DNA of 64,000 bases from NCBI GenBank assembly GCA_038523235.1, contig JBCBJQ010000003.1, positions 64,001-128,000 of the forward strand, in the 5' to 3' direction. The notes beneath the pieces are model-generated. The model saw only the letters and a list, made by a program, of their open reading frames with translations. It was not told the DNA's origin and searched no databases. The position numbers were made by a program, and so were the translations under genes. Shown here piece by piece: positions 9,507-20,158 of this stretch. Within the stretch, counting starts at the first letter, position 1. Every line of letters starts with the position of its first letter. The stretch is from Cyanobacteria bacterium J06626_4 (lineage in GTDB: Bacteria; Cyanobacteriota; Cyanobacteriia; Phormidesmidales; Phormidesmidaceae).

Positions 9507-10606
9507 AGGCTTTCCCACAGGGCAGCCTCACTGAGGGCGTCCCAATCATCCGCAAACCACTGGCCGACGCCAAAGCCCAGCGCTCGTTTCGGCCTACTTA
9601 GCGCCCAAAGTTGCTGGGCTAACTGCAACGCGACATGACGCCCAATTGGGGTTTCTAACGCAGAGGAGATGACTACGTCGAGTGGGTGCTGTTGGCAAAA
9701 GTCCAGCAGTCGGTGAGGAAAGCCCGCGATCGTAGGCTTCACCACATACACCACTGCGTTGCCTAACCGCTGGTAAACCTGCTCAAGCTGGTGCACGGTC
9801 GTGACGGATTCATCCAGGGCAATCGCGGTTTTGAAGCTGTGCACTGCTGTGCTGAGCCAGTCCAAACTGTGATCGGGCGGCAGTGGCTGCTCCAGAAACT
9901 CAACTTTGCCAGTGGTTGAGTCGCAGGCCGTGAGCCACGCCGCCGCTGCCTCACTCGTTAACCCACCATTAGCATCCAGCCGCAGCCGCGCCTGCTCGGG
10001 CAATACCGTGACCAACTGTCGGAACAGGGCCAGCTCCGCGGCCACTGCAGCGACGCCAATTTTCCATTTAAAGGTGCGATGTCCCCGCTCCCACAGCGTC
10101 GACCAAGCATCCAGTGCCGCCTGGCCTGCCGGTAGCAATCCACAGATGTCCACCGGGGCTAAGGGCTCTGCGCTTAAAACCTGTCTCTGGTATGGCAACG
10201 CTGGCGGTAAGGGGTAGACATTGCCAATCCCCGGCGATCGAGACGCTATTTTTAGGCCACTCTCTAAAGCCGCAACGCTTGCGTTGCCACGGGGCGAACT
10301 GACCGGTTCGTGACTCGCGACTCGGAGCCCCGCCGCAAAGCCAAATTGACAGGCCGGTAAGGTATTGGGAATCGTCAAAATCTGTTCGGCTTTGAATCGA
10401 GCCGGCCACTGGCGACAAAATTCGCTGGCCTGCGCCAAGGTTTCTGTGCCAAACCAGGGAATGGGCGCAATTTCTCCAAAGGTCACCCGCCCCGACTCAG
10501 CCGCTAGCCGCAAAATCAGCCCTGCCCGCTGTGGCCAAAGGCCGTGCGCAGTCTGCAACGGCAGTTGAAAGGGACGGCAGTAGGGACGAAATTCTAGCTG
10601 CATCAT
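9503..10606 (-). CDS. menC: o-succinylbenzoate synthase
   Basis: Enolase-superfamily motifs GEIAPIPWFG, FKWKIG, LRLDANGG, EFLEQP, ALDES. ATGA coupling to the menA stop. Confidence 0.9.
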   Translation of the reverse strand: MMQLEFRPYCRPFQLPLQTAHGLWPQRAGLILRLAAESGRVTFGEIAPIPWFGTETLAQASEFCRQWPARFKAEQILTIPNTLPACQFGFAAGLRVASHEPVSSPRGNASVAALESGLKIASRSPGIGNVYPLPPALPYQRQVLSAEPLAPVDICGLLPAGQAALDAWSTLWERGHRTFKWKIGVAAVAAELALFRQLVTVLPEQARLRLDANGGLTSEAAAAWLTACDSTTGKVEFLEQPLPPDHSLDWLSTAVHSFKTAIALDESVTTVHQLEQVYQRLGNAVVYVVKPTIAGFPHRLLDFCQQHPLDVVISSALETPIGRHVALQLAQQLWALSRPKRALGFGVGQWFADDWDALSEAALWESL

Positions 10607-11511
10607 CCCCCCAGCGGCAGCACTAGCCCCACACTCAGCAGCACACCACTCCAAAAATGGAAGCCGATCGCGTAAAACTTGGCGTCAAAAATCTTCTCTG
10701 GCTGGTCATGATGGCGCCAGACATGGCGTGAGAGACGCATGGCCGATAGGCCACTGGCCAACGCAATCAGCGTCCACACTGGCCAGTAGCCCCCGCCAAC
10801 TCCGAGCAAAATCAGCCCTAAAACGACCCCACAACATACCGGAATGAACTGCGCCCCCCGTTGGGTGCCGAGACGAACAATCGGCGATCGCTTGCCTGCT
10901 GCCAGGTCATCCTCCACCTGATGAAAGTGTGAGCAAAACAGCACCAGCGAAGTCGTAATGCCCAGCAGCACCCCGGCGATTTGACTGCCAACGGACCACC
11001 CCTGCACTTGGCTGTAGTAGGCGGCACCCACCCCTAATGGCCCAAAACTAAAAAAGCAGAGAATCTCGCCTAGCCCCTGATAGCCCAACCGAAATGGGGG
11101 ACCCTGGTAGGCATAGCCGAGTAGGCAACACAGCAAAATCAGCCAGAGGACGGTGAAATCGTTTTGCCAGAGGGCGATCGCGATAATCCCGGCGATGCCT
11201 AAGCCGAGACAAAGATTGCCCACCGCAAACACTAGCCACTTGTTGCGCGTCAGGTTGACCAGCGAATGCGCCTTATTCACATCAATGCCTGTTGCCGCAT
11301 CGAAGACATCGTTACTCAGGTTCTCCCACACCAAAATCAGCACCGCCGCCATTAGAAAGGTGAGAAAGATGCTGACATTAAACACACCTGTTTCTGCAAA
11401 GGCGATCGCGCTCCCCAACAAAATGGGCATCACGGCCACACTGTACATCGGTGGTTTGAGGGCAGCCAGCCAGAGCTTACGCTTGGCCACCTCAACAGAT
11501 TGAATGGTCAT
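10603..11511 (-). CDS. menA: 2-carboxy-1,4-naphthoquinone phytyltransferase
   Basis: LWLAALKPPMYSVA, NLSNDVFD and HFHQVEDDLAAGKRSPIVRLG motifs. Confidence 0.93.
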   Translation of the reverse strand: MTIQSVEVAKRKLWLAALKPPMYSVAVMPILLGSAIAFAETGVFNVSIFLTFLMAAVLILVWENLSNDVFDAATGIDVNKAHSLVNLTRNKWLVFAVGNLCLGLGIAGIIAIALWQNDFTVLWLILLCCLLGYAYQGPPFRLGYQGLGEILCFFSFGPLGVGAAYYSQVQGWSVGSQIAGVLLGITTSLVLFCSHFHQVEDDLAAGKRSPIVRLGTQRGAQFIPVCCGVVLGLILLGVGGGYWPVWTLIALASGLSAMRLSRHVWRHHDQPEKIFDAKFYAIGFHFWSGVLLSVGLVLPLGG

Positions 11512-11765
11512 GGCTCGCGACAGGGAATTTCCTAGGGCTCAACCAGCATAGATCGCTCTAGCCGTTCTCTATCAACAATCAGGGCGGGGCATGATGAAGC
11601 CATGAAAATAGGGTTTCGAGCCTGTAGTGTCCAGAGTGGAATGGCGATGCCGATAACCTCCCGCCAAGATGCTGAAGGTCTTTAAGCCGATGCACATGTT
11701 CAATGCCGATGTGCTTACAGACCAAGGCTTGATCGTAAGCCTTATCCTCACCTATCAACTGTTGC

Positions 11766-12107
11766 CTACACGCTGTGTTCTTTAGAAAGTGGCTGTGAAA
11801 CCGCTTTTGCAGACAGCAACCAAGCAGTCCCGATCAGCATTGAATACCCGCCAAACAGGAAAGCCGCGTACCGCCCCGCAGTTTCGGGTTGCATATTGCT
11901 CATAAATTCTGAAAAACCGACAAGAATTGGAACTTCACCAAGCATTCCTGGCAAGGCGATACAAACCGCCCCTTGCAACCAGTCTTTCCGCTCAATCTTT
12001 CGCCACTTCATGAGCCCCAGAGACGCAGCGATATACAAAGCACCCGTAAAAATCACGTTGAGCCAATACCCCACACTAGACCCCTCAAAGAAGGATGAGC
12101 CCATCAG
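11766..12107 (-). pseudogene. 5'-truncated small membrane protein (DUF5367-like)
   Basis: ALPGMLGE and NMQPETAGRYAAFLFGGY resemble the DUF5367 family (from memory). The first helix and RBS appear missing and the gene abuts an opposite-strand fragment. Confidence 0.5.
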
Positions 12108-12304
12108 GAGATCCAGAAACCCAACGCCTAATAGAACAAGAGAGCCAAAAATGGGTGAATTTCCTGTTTGATCTTACCCATGACAAAACGACAGGCCTTT
12201 TGTTGTTTCACTTATTTCAGGGCGTGATTCTAGATTTTCTAACCACGGGAAATGCCCAGCGCGGACAACAGACTATTAAGGCGTTTACAGCTGATCTGCC
12301 ATAG
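12108..12304 (+). pseudogene. C-terminal fragment of a TetR-like regulator
   Basis: DPETQRLIEQESQKWVNFL...LFHLFQGVILDFLTTG resembles a TetR C-terminal helical bundle. No HTH domain or promoter space upstream. Confidence 0.5.
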
Positions 12305-12546
12305 CGCTAGACTCAACCCCTGCCGATGATTTTGCGGTGACTGTCAGCATTAGTAGCTTGAGCCCAATACTGTGGGCTAATTGGCCTTAATACAGTCTAA
12401 ACAAACCGATTCTTTCACCAACATCATGCGGTACCCTTGGTAAGCATTGATATTGGCCCGATGTCTATGGCCCCTGTCAGCGGGGCTGATAGGGGTGGCA
12501 AAACACGGGTCGATGCGGGTATTGGCGATCGAGATTGGGCTATCCT

Positions 12547-14358
12547 ATGGCGCTCGTTGTTCAAAAGTTTGGGGGCACTTCGGTCGGCTCAGTTGAGCGG
12601 ATCCAGGCCGTGGCCCAGCGAGTGCAGCAAACCGTCGCTGCCGGGCATCAGGTGGCAGTGGTCGTGTCGGCCATGGGCAAAACCACCGATAGTCTGGTGA
12701 AGCTGGCCAATGAAATTTCTGAGAGTCCCAGCCGCCGTGAGATGGACATGCTGCTGTCAACCGGTGAGCAGGTCTCGATCGCCCTGTTGACGATGGCGCT
12801 GCACAGCTTGGGGCAAGCGGCAATCTCGCTCACGGGCGCGCAGGTCGGCATCGTGACAGAGGCCGATCACAGTCGTGCGCGCATTCTCGACATTCGTACC
12901 GAACGACTGCAGCGGCATTTAGACGAAGGTAAGGTCGTTGTGGTGGCGGGCTTTCAAGGCGTCAGCCCCAGCAGCGATTTTGAGATTACGACGCTGGGGC
13001 GGGGCGGATCAGATACCTCTGCCGTCGCGCTAGCCGCAGCTTTGCGGGCTAGTAAATGTGAAATTTATACCGATGTGCCAGGAATTTTGACGACCGATCC
13101 GCGATTGGTGCCCGAAGCGCAGCTCATGGCCGCCATCACCTGCGACGAAATGCTCGAGCTTGCCAGTTTGGGGGCCAAGGTGCTGCATCCCCGCGCGGTG
13201 GAAATCGCCCGCAATTATGGCGTGCCGCTCGTGGTGCGCTCCAGCTGGACGGATGAGCCCGGCACCTATGTCGAGGCCCCGGCGCGGCACCCGAAGTCCC
13301 TAGACGGGTTGGAACTCGTTCACCCCGTTGATGCCATCGAGTTTGATACGGATCAGGCGAAAGTGGCGCTGCTGCGGATCCCCGATCGCCCTGGCGTCGC
13401 CGCCCGGCTGTTTGGCGAAATGGCGGCCCAACGTCTCAACGTGGATTTGATCATTCAATCGATCCATGAGGGCAACACCAACGACATTGCTTTCACGGTG
13501 GTGCGGGCCAACCTGCCCCAAGCCGAAGCCGTTGCGGCGGCGATCGCCCCGGTGCTGCGAGGCAATATCGCCGATTCATCCCAGGCGGAGATTTTTGTCG
13601 ATCAGCGGGTCGCCAAAGTCAGCATCGTGGGCGCGGGCATGATTGGCCGTCCTGGTGTGGCTGCCCGCATGTTTTCCACCCTGGCCGCTGCTGAGGTCAA
13701 TATTCAAATGATCTCGACCTCTGAGGTTAAGGTCAGCTGCACGGTGCAGATTGATCAGTGCGATCAGGCCATTAATGCCCTCTGCCAGGCCTTTCAGGTG
13801 ACCTGTTCACCCCTCAAGTCAAAGCCCCCCTCACCCGTCGCTACCTCAATGCCCGACGTCAGGGGCGCAGTGCTCGATCTTAAACAGGTGCAAGTGGCCA
13901 TGCGTCAGGTGCCCGATTTGCCCGGCATGGCCGCCCAAATCTTTGAGCGGCTGGCCACGGCCGGGGTGAGCGTTGACATGATTATTCAGTCGCAGCGGTG
14001 TCGGCTGGTCGAGGGCCAACCGACCCGTGACATTGCCTTTACCGTGGCCCAAGCAGAGGCGGCGCAAGCCCAATCTGTGGTTGCCAGTGCCGCTGCTGAG
14101 CTGGGCTGTGGGAATGTGGCCGTCAACAGGGCGATCGCCAAAGTCAGCGTCGTCGGGTTAGGCATGATTAATCGCCCTGGAGTAGCTGCTCGGATGTTTG
14201 CCGCGCTAGCCCAGCAGCAAATTAACATTCAGATGATTGCCACTTCGGAAATCAAGATTAGCTGCCTGGTCAGTGAGGCCGATGGCCTCAAGGCCCTTAA
14301 GGCGGTGCATGACGCTTTTCAACTAAATGGGGCGGCGGCGATGGCCGCCTCAGCTTGA
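12547..14358 (+). CDS. lysC: Aspartate kinase (cyanobacterial type, 4 ACT domains)
   Basis: [14 protein letters not shown] and [12 protein letters not shown] motifs; duplicated ACT pairs ([13 protein letters not shown] / [13 protein letters not shown]). Confidence 0.95.
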   Translation: MALVVQKFGGTSVGSVERIQAVAQRVQQTVAAGHQVAVVVSAMGKTTDSLVKLANEISESPSRREMDMLLSTGEQVSIALLTMALHSLGQAAISLTGAQVGIVTEADHSRARILDIRTERLQRHLDEGKVVVVAGFQGVSPSSDFEITTLGRGGSDTSAVALAAALRASKCEIYTDVPGILTTDPRLVPEAQLMAAITCDEMLELASLGAKVLHPRAVEIARNYGVPLVVRSSWTDEPGTYVEAPARHPKSLDGLELVHPVDAIEFDTDQAKVALLRIPDRPGVAARLFGEMAAQRLNVDLIIQSIHEGNTNDIAFTVVRANLPQAEAVAAAIAPVLRGNIADSSQAEIFVDQRVAKVSIVGAGMIGRPGVAARMFSTLAAAEVNIQMISTSEVKVSCTVQIDQCDQAINALCQAFQVTCSPLKSKPPSPVATSMPDVRGAVLDLKQVQVAMRQVPDLPGMAAQIFERLATAGVSVDMIIQSQRCRLVEGQPTRDIAFTVAQAEAAQAQSVVASAAAELGCGNVAVNRAIAKVSVVGLGMINRPGVAARMFAALAQQQINIQMIATSEIKISCLVSEADGLKALKAVHDAFQLNGAAAMAASA

Positions 14359-14713
14359 GGAGCCTGGCGCGATCGCTGGAGGCCACTGATTTTCAGAATC
14401 ACGGCAGCAAACCTGGCCACTCATCCAAGCCGATGAATTGGGTTCGCTGCTCTAAAGATACAGAACAGCAGCATCCCTGCTATTGCCAGAGCGTGAAGTT
14501 TGACGTTCGGGTGAAATAACTCGGAGATTTCAGGCCGTCTCTTTGAGGATGGAGCAGTTGAGGAAAAGCAACCGAGATTGAACTGGGTGTTCTACTTCAA
14601 TATCCCTGTGAGGTAGACGACCGAGAAACCTGAGTTTTCTGACGGCCTGTAGTTGAACACTGAAAGAGTGTGATATCGTTATTAACCGTGCTTGGAGAAT
14701 CTTCCAACACTGC

Positions 14714-14785
14714 GGGTCGCTAGCTCAGCGGTAGAGCACTCGGCTTTTAACCGATTGGTCCTGGGTTCGAATCCCAGGCGACCCA
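14714..14785 (+). tRNA. trnK: tRNA-Lys(TTT)
   Basis: GGGTCGC acceptor stem pairs with GCGACCC, D arm TAGCTCAGCGGTAGAGC, anticodon loop CTTTTAA, T loop GTTCGAATC. CCA is not encoded. Confidence 0.97.
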
Positions 14786-15136
14786 TTTTCAAGGTGGATC
14801 CAAAGTGTCGAATATTGCTGGCCAATGGACTCATTGGGTGATGACTGGCCGCGCTATTTTGGCCAAGTCTGAGCGAAATATCAAAAAACCGAGACTTTTG
14901 CGCAATCTTTAAATAAATCTGAAATCTGTCCTAAATGACCCGTGCAAAAGTCTCAGCGGCTTTCTACCAGGTCGTTTAGTCGATAGGTCAGCGTATTTTG
15001 CTCTTAACAGAGATTAAAGGTTTACCTCACAAAACGTCATAAAGGCTGAGATTCTGCCTTAAGATTGATAGGTAAGGATACCGATTGGTTCTGAACTTAC
15101 GATTGCCGAAGGCAAGAAAAAGACTAGGAGGATTTT

Positions 15137-16216
15137 ATGGCGCTCGTCCCTATGCGGTTAATGCTGGATCACGCAGCCGAGAACGGTTACGGAATTCCGG
15201 CATACAACGTCAACAACTTAGAGCAGATCCTGGCGATCATGCACGCTGCTGACGAAACCGATAGTCCAGTAATTTTGCAGGCTTCTCGCGGTGCTCGTAA
15301 ATATGCAGGGGAAAACTTCCTGCGTCACTTGGTGCAAGCAGCTGTTGAAACCTACCCCAACATTCCGGTCGTGATGCACCAGGACCACGGCAACAGCCCT
15401 GCGACCTGCTATTCTGCCATTCGCAATGGCTTTACCAGCGTCATGATGGATGGTTCTCTTGAGGCCGATGCCAAGACGCCTGCAAGTTTTGAGTACAACG
15501 TCAATGTTACGGCTGAAGTGGTGAAGGTAGCCCATGCTATCGGTGCCAGTGTCGAGGGCGAACTGGGTTGCTTGGGCTCTTTAGAGACCGGCGCTGGTGA
15601 AGCTGAAGACGGTCACGGTTTTGAAGGTACTTTGAGCCACGATCAGTTGCTCACTGACCCTGATGAAGCGGTGCAGTTTGTTGAGGCCACTCAAGTGGAT
15701 GCTCTGGCCGTTGCCATCGGCACTAGCCACGGCGCTTACAAGTTTACGCGTAAGCCCACCGGTGAGATTCTCGCCATCAGCCGCATCGAAGAGATTCACC
15801 GTCGTCTGCCGAATACTCACCTGGTGATGCACGGATCTTCTTCTGTGCCCCAAGAGTGGCTAGACATGATCAACGAGTATGGCGGTCAGATTCCTGAGAC
15901 CTATGGTGTCCCGGTTGAAGAAATTCAAAAGGGTATCAAGAGCGGCGTTCGCAAGGTCAACATTGACACCGACAACCGCTTGGCCATCACGGCAGCCATT
16001 CGCGAAGCGGCGGCTAAGGATCCCACTAACTTTGATCCGCGCCACTTTATGAAGCCGGCCATCAAGTACATGAAGCAGGTTTGTCGCGATCGCTATGAAG
16101 CGTTTGGTTCGGCTGGTAACGCTAGCAAGATCAATCAGGTCGGCGTTGAAGTCTTTGCCGCTAAGTACGCTGCGGGCGAACTCGATGCCAAAGTGAAAAC
16201 TGCGACTGCTGTCTAA
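15137..16216 (+). CDS. fbaA: Class II fructose-bisphosphate aldolase
   Basis: [29 protein letters not shown] and KVNIDTD motifs; AGGAGGA RBS. Confidence 0.97.
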   Translation: MALVPMRLMLDHAAENGYGIPAYNVNNLEQILAIMHAADETDSPVILQASRGARKYAGENFLRHLVQAAVETYPNIPVVMHQDHGNSPATCYSAIRNGFTSVMMDGSLEADAKTPASFEYNVNVTAEVVKVAHAIGASVEGELGCLGSLETGAGEAEDGHGFEGTLSHDQLLTDPDEAVQFVEATQVDALAVAIGTSHGAYKFTRKPTGEILAISRIEEIHRRLPNTHLVMHGSSSVPQEWLDMINEYGGQIPETYGVPVEEIQKGIKSGVRKVNIDTDNRLAITAAIREAAAKDPTNFDPRHFMKPAIKYMKQVCRDRYEAFGSAGNASKINQVGVEVFAAKYAAGELDAKVKTATAV

Positions 16217-16247
16217 GCATCACAGTTAATTCCTTGAGGACTATCTG

Positions 16248-16281
16248 AGCCGGTGCCGCTTTTAGTGGCACCGGCTTTTTT
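16248..16281 (+). terminator. Rho-independent terminator of fbaA
   Basis: AGCCGGTGCCGCT-TTT-AGTGGCACCGGCT followed by a T run. Confidence 0.85.
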
Positions 16282-16287
16282 GCCGGG

Positions 16288-16779
16288 TTACCACCCCCAA
16301 GTGCCCATGCCGCCTTTGAAGGGGCCGACAATATCACTCGTAATCCAACCGCCGTAAAAGTCGCCGGGTTGCGCCTGCACCCGTTCATCATCCACGTAGC
16401 AAGCATCCATCTGGCTAGGATAAAGCGCCACACAGTCGCGAATGGCTGCGAACCGCTCGGTCGGCTCAGGGTATCGCCACACCGCATTACTCACCTGGCG
16501 ATCGCCCACCGTGAGATCAAAATATTGAGCTACGCCCTTCCACTCACAAAAAGTCGAGCGCGGGGTCAGCGCTAGATAGTCTTGCTGCATATCCTCAAGG
16601 GGAATGTAATAGACCGGTGGATGACTCGTTTCTAATACCCGCCAGGTTTGCTGAGAATCCGCGATCGTCACGCCATTAAAAACGACTCGAATCCGCCGCG
16701 GCGATTGTTCAACCCGAGGGGGACGAGGATAATCCCAAACGGATTCTTGACCGGGCTGGGGCTCAATACGCTGCACCAT
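16288..16779 (-). CDS. DUF427 domain protein
   Basis: ESVWDYPRPP, VLETSHPPVYYIP, CEWKG and FYGGWIT motifs. Confidence 0.9.
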   Translation of the reverse strand: MVQRIEPQPGQESVWDYPRPPRVEQSPRRIRVVFNGVTIADSQQTWRVLETSHPPVYYIPLEDMQQDYLALTPRSTFCEWKGVAQYFDLTVGDRQVSNAVWRYPEPTERFAAIRDCVALYPSQMDACYVDDERVQAQPGDFYGGWITSDIVGPFKGGMGTWGW

Positions 16780-17073
16780 AGCTGCTCTCTCGCATTCTGT
16801 GGATGTGAACTGGGTAAAAGCACCCTCAGTCTTACGCTTGTTCGCCACCAGGTAGGACTCTCTGACTTAATAGCGGCCTATCGGCTCCCGACAGAGAACC
16901 CGAGACGTCGGGTCAGGCGTGAATTTAAAGATGCGCTTACCTCACTGAGGGCATTGTGCCATGCCGCTTCAGAGCCTGCAGGTGAGCTTAGCCAGGTGGC
17001 ATTGTCCTAGCTAGCAGGACAATTGCAATAAAGTCTGAGGAATTCTACTTATTGCGCAAGAAATTTTGTAAGG

Positions 17074-17688
17074 TTGTTTGTGCAGTCCACCCAAGATGCT
17101 GGCGTGACCAACTTCAACTCTAACGAACCCCAAATGGAACCTTTGGGTCGTGTCCAGATTTTGGTCGCGATGGGCGTCACCGCCTTAGTGCTACTGCTAA
17201 TTGCCCGTTTTTGGCTACTGCTCGATTCTGTCGTGCTGTTGTCAGTGGCGTTTAATACTGAAATCTTACTGGTGGGTTTAGGTGTCGGAGTCGGCATCAC
17301 GGGTGCCAGCGCGATCGCCTATCGTCTCTGGCCAGGATATCGCAACAGCGCCGATGTCTATCTCAAGCTAGTGCTGGAACCTCTAGCCTGGGGCGACCTC
17401 GTGTGGATGGGGCTGCTGCCTGGCCTGAGTGAAGAGTTACTCTTTCGCGGCGTGATGTTACCCGCGATTGGGCTAAACATCTATGGCGTTGTCTTTTCCA
17501 GTCTCTGCTTTGGCGTGTTGCATCTCAGCGGTCTGCAGCAGTGGCCCTATGTAGCGTGGGCCACCCTGATTGGCCTCATCCTAGCGATGAGTGCCCTATT
17601 GTCAGGCAATCTGCTGATTCCCATTGTGGCGCATACGACGACCAATCTCCTCGCTAGCCTGGTGTGGAAGTTCAAATATCGAGCCTAA
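17074..17688 (+). CDS. CPBP/Abi family intramembrane glutamic endopeptidase
   Basis: PGLSEELLFRG, FGVLH and AHTTTN motifs. Start uncertain. Confidence 0.88.
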   Translation: MFVQSTQDAGVTNFNSNEPQMEPLGRVQILVAMGVTALVLLLIARFWLLLDSVVLLSVAFNTEILLVGLGVGVGITGASAIAYRLWPGYRNSADVYLKLVLEPLAWGDLVWMGLLPGLSEELLFRGVMLPAIGLNIYGVVFSSLCFGVLHLSGLQQWPYVAWATLIGLILAMSALLSGNLLIPIVAHTTTNLLASLVWKFKYRA

Positions 17689-18075
17689 TCGTTTTTATCC
17701 TGCGCCCCACCGCAGGCGATGGCTCAGCGGATCGGTTAGCGGCAATTCGTCAACGCGTCCCAGGTCTGCCGCTCGCCGTATTCCAACTTCTGGGTGGTCC
17801 GTCGCGATCGCAACACCGACGCTGCGGATTATCGGGAGAGCCCACCTAGTCGCCACATATCAGACGTTGAACATACTGTCTTAGGGAATCTGATTGGGGA
17901 TTACACCTAGGAGCTTCCCTAAAATCTGATCCAGAAAATCTCTGACAGCTATAAAATCACTACACAATCGCTGAAGGTATTTAAAGATACCGTTAATCCA
18001 TGCGTACATACATGCATGTTCTTATCGCTACGGGACATACTGAGAGCGTCGGTTTATTCAGTGGAAATACGATAC

Positions 18076-18837
18076 ATGTTTTCTTCAATCTCTAAAACAG
18101 CCATGACTTTGGGTACGGTCGCAGGTTGCTTGATGGCAACTGCAGGCCAAGCCAGCGCTTTTACGTTTGAAACTAACTGGACAGGCACACCGCCTAAAGG
18201 CGACATCTATCTCGACTCCGTAGAAATCGGCAACGCCATCGTGTCTGATTTTGCTCTGGTCAACGGTGTCAATATCACGAACAACACTGCCCATACCGGC
18301 GGCAATTCTGGCGCCGCCAGCTCTGATCTCGGTGACGACGCCACCGTAGGCGTCAAGCTGGAAGATGCTACCAACAGCAGTGTTGAAGAATCTCTAGGCA
18401 ACCGCTATCTCAGCAGCATTATCGATACTGAAGACGGTAATGTTGGCTTCTCAATGGATTTAACCTTTGACAAGAGCTTCAACACCCTCCTGTTTTGGGA
18501 GCGCGGGATCAACAGCACGCTTGGCGTCACCATCAATGGCGTGACGAAAACCCTGACCAAAACCGACTTTGCGCAAGGTGAGACTGATTTCACCTTAGAT
18601 ACGACTGAAATTGGTGGCGCTCAAAAAGTGGGCAGCTACGGCTTAGACTTGTCTGAGTTTGGCATCAGCGGCCAATACAACGGCCCGGTGACTATCTTCA
18701 GTCAAGGTGGTTTCAAGGGCCCTGACTTTAAGGTCGCGGGTGCTACTGTGCCTGAGCCTGCAACTGTTTTGGGCTTAACCGCTGTGGCAGGGGCTTTGGT
18801 TGCTAGCCGTCGTCGCAAGTCTGGCCAGTCGGCCTAG
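18076..18837 (+). CDS. PEP-CTERM (exosortase-sorted) surface protein, XDP2-like
   Basis: Signal peptide (ASA|F) and C-terminal VPEPATVLGL..TM..RRRK. SIIDTED, WERGINS and GPDFKV motifs recall the XDP2 family. Confidence 0.88.
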   Translation: MFSSISKTAMTLGTVAGCLMATAGQASAFTFETNWTGTPPKGDIYLDSVEIGNAIVSDFALVNGVNITNNTAHTGGNSGAASSDLGDDATVGVKLEDATNSSVEESLGNRYLSSIIDTEDGNVGFSMDLTFDKSFNTLLFWERGINSTLGVTINGVTKTLTKTDFAQGETDFTLDTTEIGGAQKVGSYGLDLSEFGISGQYNGPVTIFSQGGFKGPDFKVAGATVPEPATVLGLTAVAGALVASRRRKSGQSA

Positions 18838-18978
18838 TTGTCCGTCAAGATTTAAGGGACTGTCACAAAACCCGCGCTATTTTTCTCATCGTAAGATGGC
18901 GCCCACCTAGCAGAGTTGAGAGAGTGTTGGACGCACTTTTCAGCTCTGCTTTTCCCTTTTATCGGCATTGTCTTGAGG

Positions 18979-19569
18979 CTAAAAGCCTGACCCAGGCTGG
19001 GCTAAAAAGTCCAGCTCGGCTGGGGTGCTTGTTCGGCCCAAAATCGAGTTGCGATGGGGAAACCGACCGAATTCGGCGATCACGCTCCGATGGCGGTAGG
19101 CATAATCGAGGCTCGATCGCAGCTCCGGAGCCACCCGCACCAACGCTTCAAAATAGGCCACCGCTTGGTTTTGGTGAGTCAGATTTTCGCTGTGCTCAAA
19201 GGGCAGATAAAAAAACATACGCTCGACCGGCAACAGGGCTTGGTCGTACTGGCGGGCGATGGCGCTCTGAGCCACGTGCAGAGCCTGATCATCGGCCTCA
19301 AAGCTTTGCGGGGTACCGCGAAACATGTTGCGCGAGAACTGATCGAGCAACACTGTTAAGGCCAGAGCTTCCTTTGAGGTGTTCAGCCAGTGGTCGTAAT
19401 TTCCCAGCCGTGCCTGTTCATAAACCCCGGCAAATTGTTCGCGAATCTGGCGATCAAATACCGGATCTTTCTTAAACCAGCTCCGCCGTTGCTGCCCATA
19501 TTCGCTGTCAGGCGTGGCAGGGACATCAAACCAAAAATTCAAAATCTGAGTCGCAGCTGCTGCAACCAT
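18979..19569 (-). CDS. DUF924 family protein
   Basis: LDQFSRNMFRG, FFYLPFEHSE and FGRFPHRN motifs. Confidence 0.92.
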   Translation of the reverse strand: MVAAAATQILNFWFDVPATPDSEYGQQRRSWFKKDPVFDRQIREQFAGVYEQARLGNYDHWLNTSKEALALTVLLDQFSRNMFRGTPQSFEADDQALHVAQSAIARQYDQALLPVERMFFYLPFEHSENLTHQNQAVAYFEALVRVAPELRSSLDYAYRHRSVIAEFGRFPHRNSILGRTSTPAELDFLAQPGSGF

Positions 19570-19661
19570 AGTTTTCCTGTCAGTGAATTAAACTGACCGA
19601 TCGGCGCGGGATGTGACGACTCTATTAAAGAGATTATCAGCGACCTTGATGAATAGTTCGC

Positions 19662-20087
19662 ATGAACTATAATGATATAGAATATCGCTCACTTATGAAA
19701 AATATTATGGCTAATCTTGTTGCCTCTCCGGCTGATGTTTCCTTTGCCTCTCCCCTCTGGGAAACGGTGCGATTTCGGCGAGCTAAAGAGAAGAAAGGAT
19801 GGGTTTTACTGGGAGTACCCCAGCAGGTTTACCCGTTAGTGGCGTTACGGTTATTTGAACTGCAGGCCAAACTGATCAACCGCCACGAGGCCGAAGGGTT
19901 TACAAATATTTTGTTTGAAGCGCCCCCCAGTGTTCCTGCCAAGCTGGCCTGCGCGTTTCCGGCCCCGCCGGGATGCGATGTGTTGAAGGTTTCTGAATCA
20001 GGCGATCGCGTGCTGTCGGGCAAAGCGGCCAAGTCGCCCAAGGCAGTCGCCCAGCGCCCTGACCCTTCAGAGCTGGCGATCGCTTAA
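19662..20087 (+). CDS. Hypothetical protein
   Basis: 141-aa ORF filling the gap between DUF924 and cobQ; no recognised motif; start uncertain. Confidence 0.55.
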   Translation: MNYNDIEYRSLMKNIMANLVASPADVSFASPLWETVRFRRAKEKKGWVLLGVPQQVYPLVALRLFELQAKLINRHEAEGFTNILFEAPPSVPAKLACAFPAPPGCDVLKVSESGDRVLSGKAAKSPKAVAQRPDPSELAIA

Positions 20088-20158
20088 ATGAGTCGATTGA
20101 ATTTGACCGCAGATCGTCAGGCGTTGGCGGACTTCACCACTGATGCCTCTGATCGGCT

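Noticed and set aside
12547..14358. Internal duplication in aspartate kinase
   Set aside because: Four ACT domains are the normal cyanobacterial architecture.
14714..15136. Genomic island integrated at tRNA-Lys
   Set aside because: No integrase, no duplicated tRNA 3' end seen, and core genes on both sides.
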